Both the position numbers and the translations under genes were made by a program. Source: Armatimonadota bacterium (GTDB lineage: Bacteria; Armatimonadota; SYMT01). From it: a stretch of DNA of 64,000 nucleotides. Where the stretch lies: contig JBKBRF010000029.1 of NCBI GenBank assembly GCA_046292385.1, positions 1-64,000 of the forward strand, written 5' to 3'. This document shows positions 57,139-64,000 of this stretch, piece by piece. The first letter of the stretch is position 1. Every line of letters starts with the position of its first letter. The notes under the pieces were generated by a model. That model saw only the letters and a program-made list of their open reading frames with translations, searched no databases and was not told where the DNA came from.

Positions 57139-59917
57139 TCCCGGTCCGGTCAATTCGATACCGGAAGAGACGGCGGCGCTGATCCGGGACGCGTTCCCGC
57201 GTGAGGCCGCCTCGGAAGCGCTGCGCGGCCGCGTCGCCGAGCGGTGCCGGTCGGCATTGGAAGCCGGGAGCCCAGCACGCCCCGCCCGGCGGCCGACGCG
57301 CCTGCACTACGCGCTGGCGGCGTGCTTGCTGCTGCTCCTGATCCTGCCGCTCCTCTCCCCGCGCGGCGGCGGAGTTGCCTACGCGGAGGCGGCGACCACG
57401 CCGGGCCAGCTCACGGTGCTGGACGACACCGGCCGCGCCGCCGGGGTCTGCCCGCTGAAGCACACCGACGTGAAGGCGGACGTGACCGGCTACCTGGCGC
57501 GCGTCTCCGTGACGCAGCAGTTCGAAAACCGGGAGCGGCAGCCGGTGGAGGCGGTGTACACCTTCCCGCTGCCGGCCGACGCCGCGGTCGACCGCATGAC
57601 GCTGACGATCGGCGACCGCGTGATCGAGGGGGAGATCCGGCGCCGAGAGGAGGCCCGGCAGCTCTACGACGCGGCAAAGGAAGCCGGACAGGCGGCGGCG
57701 CTGCTGGACCAGGAGCGGCCGAACATCTTCACGCAGTCGGTCGCGAACCTGATGCCGGGGCAGCCGGTCACCGTCACCATCAGCTACGTGCAGACGCTGA
57801 AGTACGAGGACGGGCAGTACGAGCTGGTCTATCCGATGGTCGTCGGGCCGCGCTTCACCGCGGGCAGCGGCGGCTACCAGGCGCCGGGACTGCGGGGCGA
57901 GCCGAGCTCCATCCGCCAGTTCCAGGGAGATCCGGGCAAGCAGAGCGTCGTGACCGACGCCGAGAAGATCACCCCGCCGATCACCCCGGAGGACACGCGC
58001 GCGGGACACGATATCTCGGTGACCGTCAACGTCGACGCCGGCCTGCCGATCCAGGCGCTGCAGTCCGAGCTGCACGATGTCGACGTCGAGCGCCGGGGCG
58101 AGGGCCGGGCCACGGTAGCGCTGCGCGGCGGAAAGACGATTCCGAACAAGGACTTCATCCTCCGGTACGGCGTGGCGGGTGACGACGTAAAGGCGGCCGT
58201 CCTGGCGCACGCCACGGAGAAGGGCTCCGGCTACTTCACGCTGTTAGTGCAGCCGCCGAAGCTCGACGCCGCCGAAGCGCCGGCCGCCCAGCCGCGGGAG
58301 ATCATCTTCGTGATCGATCAGAGCGGCTCGCAGTCCGGCTGGCCGATCGCGAAGGCGAAGGAGACGATGCGGTACCTGATCCGGACGATGAACCCGGACG
58401 ATACCTTCCAGCTCCTCGGCTTCTCCATGGAGGTAGAGCCGTGCTTCGAGAAGCCGGTGCCGAACACGCCGGAGAACGTGGCGAAGGCGCTGCGCTTCCT
58501 GGAGCCGCTCGAGGGGAACGGGGGAACCGACGTCCTGAATGCGGTCGACTACGCCCTCACCATTCCCTCCTCCGGGCGCCGGCGCCTGGTCTGCTACCTG
58601 ACCGACGGCTACGTCGGAAACGACATGCAGGTGCTCGGCTACGTGCGGAAGCACCGCGGCGAGGCGCAGATGTTCCCGTTCGGCATGGGGAACGGCACCA
58701 ACCGCTTCCTGATCGACGGCATGGCGAAGGAAGGACACGGCGTGGCCGAGTACGTCACGCTGAAGTCGTCCGCGGAAGAGGCGGCGGCACGCTTCTACCG
58801 CCGCGTTGCCGAGCCGCTGGTGACCGATCTCACGCTCGATTGGGGCGGACTGAAGGTCGCCGACCTGCTGCCGGAACGGATCCCCGACCTGTTCGTCGGC
58901 GGCCGGCCGATCGTCCTGAAGGGCCTCTACCTGGCGCCCGGCGAGGGCACACTCACCCTTCGCGGCGCGCTGGATGGCAAGCCCTGGAGCTATGAGGTGC
59001 CGGTCCGCTTCCCGGAGGAGACCGGCGGCGACCCGAGCATCGCCACCCTCTGGGCGCGGGAGAAGATCGAGGAGCTGCAGGGTCAGGACTGGAGCGGCGC
59101 CCAATTCGGCACGCCGAACCCGCAGATCAAGGAGCAGATCGTTAACCTGGCGCTTGAATTCCGGCTGATGAGCCAGTACACCTCGTTCGTCGCCGTGGAG
59201 CAGCGCGTGGTCAACGTCGGCGGGAAGCAGCGGACGATCGACGTGCCGGTCGAGATGCCGGACGGCGTCTCCTACGACGGCATCTTCGGCGAGGATGCGG
59301 AGCAACAGGTCGCCTTCGCAGATGGCCGCGCGAAGCGGGTTGGCCACTGGTACTCGGCGCCGGCCACCCCACCGGCTGCCGGCGGGCAGATGGCACCGGG
59401 CTTCCTACCGCCCGGTGGTGCTGTGGCCGCGATGCCGGCGAGCGAGGCTCCGCTCCAGCGGAGGAATGGAGACGCGTATGGGGATGGTGGTGTTGTACCC
59501 GAGGTCGGCGTCACCCCGTTCCAGGAAACGCCAGAGATGACTGCCGTCCCCATTCCTGGAAAGTCCAAGTCGCGTGTGATCGCCCGCCGACCGCGCTCGC
59601 TGCAGGTCCAGGAGAGCGGCAGCCCGACCGGGTTCACGGACATCCCGTTCGGGCGCGGGGAAGTAAAGCCCGCCAAGCTCCACGCGACCCTCCGCCAGCG
59701 TCTGACGCAAGCGACTCCCGGCGAGGAAGTGGAGGTGCAGCTCTGGGTCCGGAAGCTCCCGGCGGACTGGAAGGCGCAGCTCGAAAAGCTCGGCTTCGAG
59801 CTGGCGACGGAGCTCACGCCCGGCAAGCTCCTCCTCGGCTCGGTGCCGGTGAAGGCGCTGGAGAAGCTGGCGGAGCTGGAGTGGGTCGTGCGGGTCGAGC
59901 CGCCGCGCTTCCGATAG
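57086..59917 (+). CDS. Membrane-anchored VIT + vWA domain protein (putative anti-sigma/sensor)
   Basis: Short N-terminal domain, one TM, VIT (PLKHT.V.A.V.G, EAVYTFPLP), vWA MIDAS DQSGS, GGT, LTDG, S.YTSFVAV. Confidence 0.85.
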   Translation: MWSPRFRLWFRPDAPASDPGPVNSIPEETAALIRDAFPREAASEALRGRVAERCRSALEAGSPARPARRPTRLHYALAACLLLLLILPLLSPRGGGVAYAEAATTPGQLTVLDDTGRAAGVCPLKHTDVKADVTGYLARVSVTQQFENRERQPVEAVYTFPLPADAAVDRMTLTIGDRVIEGEIRRREEARQLYDAAKEAGQAAALLDQERPNIFTQSVANLMPGQPVTVTISYVQTLKYEDGQYELVYPMVVGPRFTAGSGGYQAPGLRGEPSSIRQFQGDPGKQSVVTDAEKITPPITPEDTRAGHDISVTVNVDAGLPIQALQSELHDVDVERRGEGRATVALRGGKTIPNKDFILRYGVAGDDVKAAVLAHATEKGSGYFTLLVQPPKLDAAEAPAAQPREIIFVIDQSGSQSGWPIAKAKETMRYLIRTMNPDDTFQLLGFSMEVEPCFEKPVPNTPENVAKALRFLEPLEGNGGTDVLNAVDYALTIPSSGRRRLVCYLTDGYVGNDMQVLGYVRKHRGEAQMFPFGMGNGTNRFLIDGMAKEGHGVAEYVTLKSSAEEAAARFYRRVAEPLVTDLTLDWGGLKVADLLPERIPDLFVGGRPIVLKGLYLAPGEGTLTLRGALDGKPWSYEVPVRFPEETGGDPSIATLWAREKIEELQGQDWSGAQFGTPNPQIKEQIVNLALEFRLMSQYTSFVAVEQRVVNVGGKQRTIDVPVEMPDGVSYDGIFGEDAEQQVAFADGRAKRVGHWYSAPATPPAAGGQMAPGFLPPGGAVAAMPASEAPLQRRNGDAYGDGGVVPEVGVTPFQETPEMTAVPIPGKSKSRVIARRPRSLQVQESGSPTGFTDIPFGRGEVKPAKLHATLRQRLTQATPGEEVEVQLWVRKLPADWKAQLEKLGFELATELTPGKLLLGSVPVKALEKLAELEWVVRVEPPRFR

Positions 59918-59982
59918 TCCCGCGAGGGGCAGGGATGCCGCTCTCCCGCGCCTAACCGTGCCACGAGCACACGGGAGGGCGT

Positions 59983-61776
59983 ATGGCGCGGGAGAGCGGG
60001 AGCATCGGAGAGCCGGGACAGGTGCTGGGGACGGGGCGCGAGGCATTCACCACGCGTCCCGTCATCACCGGCCGTAAGGGCGTCGTAACGGCCGGGCACT
60101 ACCTGGGCGCGGCCGCGGGCATGGAGATCCTGCGCGGCGGCGGTAACGCGATCGATGCCGCCGTGGCGACCGGCTTCTGCCTGGCGGTGCTGGAGCCGCA
60201 CCTGAACGGGATCGCCGGCGAGTCGCCGATGCTGATCTACCACGCGGCCTCGCGGCGGGTGGTCGCGATCAACGGCCAGGGCACCGCTCCCGCCGCGGCG
60301 ACGATCGACTGGTTCCGGGGCCAGGGCATCTCCCTGATTCCGGGCGACGGCCTCCTCGCCGCGACCGTGCCGAGCCAGGTCTCTAACTGGCTCCTCGCGC
60401 TGGAGGAGTTCGGGACGCTCCCCCTCTCCGCGGTCCTGCCGCCGGCGCTGGAGCTGGCGCGCGACGGCTTCGCGATGTACCACGGCCTGCGCCGCTGCCT
60501 GCTGGCGAACCAGCAGCGCTTCCGCGACGAGTGGCCGGGCTCCGCGGCCGTTTACCTCCCGAACGGACGCGTGCCGGAGTGGGGGGATACCTTCCGCAAC
60601 CCGCAGTGGGCGGAGACGTTCGAAGCGCTCCTGCGGGCGGAGCGGGAAGCGGCGCACCGGGGCCGCGCGGCGGGGCTGGAGGCGGCGCGCGACGTCTTCT
60701 ACCGCGGCGCGATTGCGGAGCGGATCGCGGAGTTCTGCCGCGAGAACCGCTTCCGGGATGCCACCGGCGACGAGCACTCCGGACTGCTCGCCTACGACGA
60801 TCTCGCCGGCTACCGGTCTCGGGTGGAAGACCCGGTCACGTACGACTACCGCGGACTCAGCGTCTCCAAGTGCGGGCCGTGGTCGCAGGGCCCCGTCTTC
60901 CTCCAGCAGCTCGCGCTCCTGGAGGGCTACGACCTCCCCCGCCTCGGCCACAACTCCGCGGACTACATCCATACGGTGGTAGAGTGCGCGAAGCTTGCCT
61001 TTGCCGACCGCGAGCTCTACTACGGCGATCCGGACTTCGCGGAGGTCCCCCTCCCCCGCCTTCTCTCGCCCGAGTACAACGCCGCGCGCCGGGGGCTGGT
61101 CGATCCCGCGCGGGCCTCGCTGGAGCTGCGGCCGGGCGACGCCGGCCCGCGCCCGCTGAAGCTGATCCTGGGAGACGAGCGCTCCTACAACGGCGACACC
61201 ACGCACCTCGACGTGATCGACGCCGAGGGGAACATGATTGCCGTTACCCCGAGCGGGAGCTGGATCCAGAGCAGCCCGGTGATCCCGTCGCTCGGCTTCC
61301 CGCTCGGCACGCGCGCGCAGATGTTCTCCCTCGATCCCGCTCACCCCAACGCGCTGCAGCCGGGCAAGCGCCCCCGCACCACGCTGACGCCGTCGCTCGC
61401 GACCCGTGACGGCGCGCCGTGGATGGTCTGGGGCACACCCGGCGGCGACCAGCAGGACCAGTGGACGCTCCAGTTCTTCCTGAACGTGGTCGAGCTCGGC
61501 ATGGGCCTGCAGGAAGCGCTCGACGCCCCCACCTTCCACTCCCAGCACTTCCCCAGCAGCTTTTACCCCCGGGCGCAAATGCCGGGTCGACTGGTGGTGG
61601 AACGCCGCATCCCCGAAGCGGTGCGGGATGAGCTGCGCCGCCGCGGGCACGACGTGGAGGTGACGGGGGACTGGTCGAACGGCCGCGTCCTCGGGATCCG
61701 CATCGATCCGGCCCGCGGCCTCATCTTCGGCGGCGCCTCCCCCCGCAACGAAACCGGCTACGCCATCGGCTGGTAG
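59983..61776 (+). CDS. ggt: Gamma-glutamyltransferase family protein
   Basis: GGNAIDAAVA, DTTH..V.D..GN (Ntn Thr), PGKRP..TL.P, GTPGGD.Q. Confidence 0.92.
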   Translation: MARESGSIGEPGQVLGTGREAFTTRPVITGRKGVVTAGHYLGAAAGMEILRGGGNAIDAAVATGFCLAVLEPHLNGIAGESPMLIYHAASRRVVAINGQGTAPAAATIDWFRGQGISLIPGDGLLAATVPSQVSNWLLALEEFGTLPLSAVLPPALELARDGFAMYHGLRRCLLANQQRFRDEWPGSAAVYLPNGRVPEWGDTFRNPQWAETFEALLRAEREAAHRGRAAGLEAARDVFYRGAIAERIAEFCRENRFRDATGDEHSGLLAYDDLAGYRSRVEDPVTYDYRGLSVSKCGPWSQGPVFLQQLALLEGYDLPRLGHNSADYIHTVVECAKLAFADRELYYGDPDFAEVPLPRLLSPEYNAARRGLVDPARASLELRPGDAGPRPLKLILGDERSYNGDTTHLDVIDAEGNMIAVTPSGSWIQSSPVIPSLGFPLGTRAQMFSLDPAHPNALQPGKRPRTTLTPSLATRDGAPWMVWGTPGGDQQDQWTLQFFLNVVELGMGLQEALDAPTFHSQHFPSSFYPRAQMPGRLVVERRIPEAVRDELRRRGHDVEVTGDWSNGRVLGIRIDPARGLIFGGASPRNETGYAIGW

Positions 61777-61789
61777 TGAGGAGCGCTCC

Positions 61790-62677
61790 GTGGCCGAGAA
61801 CATTCCACTTCTCTTCGATACCGACATCGGCAGCGACATCGACGACGCGGTGGCGCTCGCCTACCTGCTGCGGCAGCCCCGCTGCGAGCTGCTCGGCATC
61901 ACCACCGTCACCGGGGAAGCGCAGGCGCGGGCGCGGCTGGCCGACGCGGTCTGCCGCGCCGCGGGGCGCGACGACGTGCCGATCCACTCCGGCGCGGAGG
62001 AGCCGCTCCTGATCGACCAGCGCCAGCCGCGGGCGCCGCAGCAGACCGCCCTCGCCCGGTGGCCGCACCGGTCGGAGTTTCCGCCGAACACGGCGGTGCC
62101 GTTCCTGCAGGAGGTGATCCGATCTCGCCCCGGCGAGGTGACGCTGCTGGCGGTGGGGCCATTCACCAACGTGGGGCTGCTCTTCGCGCTCGATCCGGAG
62201 ATCCCGCGGCTGCTGAAGCGGCTGGTGATCATGGGCGGCAGCTACCGGCACGGGCAGTCGGGCTTCAGCCGCCGGGAGTGGAACACCGGCTGCGATCCCC
62301 ACGCCGTCGCGCGCATGTTCCAGGCGCCGGTGCCGGAGCTGGCGGCGTTCGGGCTGAACGTGACGCTGCAGTGCCAGCTGGAGGCCGAGGAGTGTCGGCG
62401 GAGGCTGCGCGGCGGGGTGCTCGACGTGGTGGCGGAGATGGCGGTGGTCTGGTTCGGGCACCGGCCGCAGATCACGTTCCACGACCCCCTCGCCGCCGTC
62501 GCGCTCTTCGAGCCGGAGGTCTGCGACTACGCCCGCGGCCGGGTGGAGATCGATCTTTCCAACCCACGGACCGCCGGCGTCGCCCACTGGGCGCGGAACG
62601 CGGAGGGTCCGCACTCGGTCGCGATCGCGGTCCGGCCCGAGCAGTTCTTCCAGCGCTACTTCGAAGTCTTCTCCTGA
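61790..62677 (+). CDS. Nucleoside hydrolase (IU-NH family)
   Basis: DTDIGSDIDD, GP.TN, IMGG, EWN..CDP, FHDPLA. Confidence 0.9.
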   Translation: MAENIPLLFDTDIGSDIDDAVALAYLLRQPRCELLGITTVTGEAQARARLADAVCRAAGRDDVPIHSGAEEPLLIDQRQPRAPQQTALARWPHRSEFPPNTAVPFLQEVIRSRPGEVTLLAVGPFTNVGLLFALDPEIPRLLKRLVIMGGSYRHGQSGFSRREWNTGCDPHAVARMFQAPVPELAAFGLNVTLQCQLEAEECRRRLRGGVLDVVAEMAVVWFGHRPQITFHDPLAAVALFEPEVCDYARGRVEIDLSNPRTAGVAHWARNAEGPHSVAIAVRPEQFFQRYFEVFS

Positions 62678-62695
62678 CCCTTTGGAGCTCCCCAG

Positions 62696-63799
62696 ATGTC
62701 GAATGCCCCCCTCTCTTCCCGCAAGCTGCGGGTCGGCGTGATCGGCGCCGGCGGCTTCGCGGAGATCTGCCACGTTCCCGGCCTCCAGTCCCATCCGCAG
62801 GCGGAGGTGGTGGCGCTCTGCGGCCGCCGCGTCGAGCACGCCCGCGCCATGGCGGACCGGCTCGGCGTGCCGGAGGTGCACACCGACTACCGCGAGCTCT
62901 GCGCGCGGGACGACCTCGACGCCGTCACCATCACCACACCGAACGCCGTGCATGCGGAGCAGGCGATCGAGGCGTTCCGGCACGGCAAGCACGTCTTCTG
63001 CGAGAAGCCGCTCGGGATGACCGTGGCGCAGGTCCGGGAGATGCTGCGCGCGGCAGAGGAGAGCGGCAGGATCCACCAGGTGGCGTTCACCTTCCGGTAC
63101 ACCTACGGCGTGCAGGAGCTGCGGCGGCGGGTGCGCGCGGGGGAGATCGGCCAGCCGTACTACATCCGGCTCCGGTGGGACGGCTGGGGCGGCCTCAGCT
63201 CCGGGTTCAAAGCCGGCTGGCGGGAGACGCTGGAAGAGGCGGGCGGCGGCGTGCTCTACGACATGGGCTCGCACCTACACGACCTCGCCCACTTCACGCT
63301 GGGGCCGGTGGAAGCGCTGACCGGCCTGCTGCACCACGTCCCGCGGGAGCGGGAGGACCGCCTCACGGGAGAGCGCCGGCCGGTGGAGACCGACGACCTC
63401 GCCGCCGCGTGGTTCGAGCACGAGAGCGGCGTCCGCGGCGAGTGGTTCATGAGCCGCGCCACCCCGCCGCAGGGCGACAACAGCTACATGGAGGTGGTCG
63501 GCCCGGAAGGCGCTCTCCAGTGCGCCCTCAGCCGCGGCAACGTAGAGCGGCTCCGGCTCTCCCGGCCGGACCAGCCGCAGTGGGAAGACGTCCCGCTCCC
63601 CGAAGAAGCGTACGACGGCACCCCGCACGGCCTTGGGATCATGATGCGCAGCTTCGTCGACGCCTGCCTGCGGGGCAGCCTGGACGGCGACGTCGACGCG
63701 TCGTTCCAGGACGGCCTTGCGGCGCAGCAGGCGCTGGCGGCCGTAGCGGAGTCCGCCGGCTCCCGGCGGTGGATCGCCCTGCGGGACGCGGGACCGTAG
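62696..63799 (+). CDS. Gfo/Idh/MocA family oxidoreductase
   Basis: GVIGAG, ITTPN..H, GKHV.CEKP, GGG.L.D.GSH..D. Confidence 0.92.
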   Translation: MSNAPLSSRKLRVGVIGAGGFAEICHVPGLQSHPQAEVVALCGRRVEHARAMADRLGVPEVHTDYRELCARDDLDAVTITTPNAVHAEQAIEAFRHGKHVFCEKPLGMTVAQVREMLRAAEESGRIHQVAFTFRYTYGVQELRRRVRAGEIGQPYYIRLRWDGWGGLSSGFKAGWRETLEEAGGGVLYDMGSHLHDLAHFTLGPVEALTGLLHHVPREREDRLTGERRPVETDDLAAAWFEHESGVRGEWFMSRATPPQGDNSYMEVVGPEGALQCALSRGNVERLRLSRPDQPQWEDVPLPEEAYDGTPHGLGIMMRSFVDACLRGSLDGDVDASFQDGLAAQQALAAVAESAGSRRWIALRDAGP

Positions 63800-63907
63800 C
63801 GGACTGAGTGGGCGCAAGGGAGAGTGGGCGAGCTTGAAACGCTTTCGGCGGTACGCCGCGCTCTCGAGAGTCGAGCTACCGTGGAGGGGACGAGGATGGG
63901 GATTTCG

Positions 63908-64000
63908 ATGACCCGGCGCGCGCTGCTCGGCGCCGTGCTGCTGCTGGGGATCTGCGGCCCGGCACAGGCTCAGGCGCAGCGCTTCGCCGACCTGGGAGAC
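63908..64000 (+). CDS. N-terminus of an exported protein, possibly an alpha/beta hydrolase (truncated by window end)
   Basis: MTRRALLGAVLLLG...AQA signal peptide, then QRFADLGD. Confidence 0.5.
   Translation, partial: MTRRALLGAVLLLGICGPAQAQAQRFADLGD

Overview
High-GC bacterial chromosomal window; the gene set (DUF1501, DUF3365 cytochromes, paired MobA-like NTP transferases) suggests an Armatimonadota/PVC-like organism, which is inference only. It opens in the 3' part of a 5S rRNA gene. The dominant feature is a ~22.3 kb integrated element (5833-28206) inserted in tRNA-Pro(CGG) and bounded by a perfect 59-bp direct repeat. The element carries a tyrosine integrase, an excisionase-like HTH protein, an AAA_25/RepA-like helicase with inverted iteron-like arrays, and a 12.5 kb co-oriented defence cluster. 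That cluster runs NucS-like nuclease, SNF2 helicase, IetA/IetS-like AAA ATPase plus S8 protease, a small Cys-His-Asp transglutaminase/papain-like protein, and Type III Mod/Res. It also holds a lone PD-(D/E)xK nuclease and a Dam pseudogene. The rest is mostly core or near-core genes (glf, sixA, YfhO-like, rho, hpt, guaA, folP, ABC systems, pyrD, USP, Rrf2 plus two c-type heme proteins, ECF sigma plus VIT/vWA protein, GGT, nucleoside hydrolase). The best non-coding candidate is a ~310-nt structured intergenic region (35120-35430) with a GGA-rich 5' half and repeated ACAACNGAA motifs, resembling a protein-sponge sRNA. All calls come from motif recognition by eye; no searches were run.
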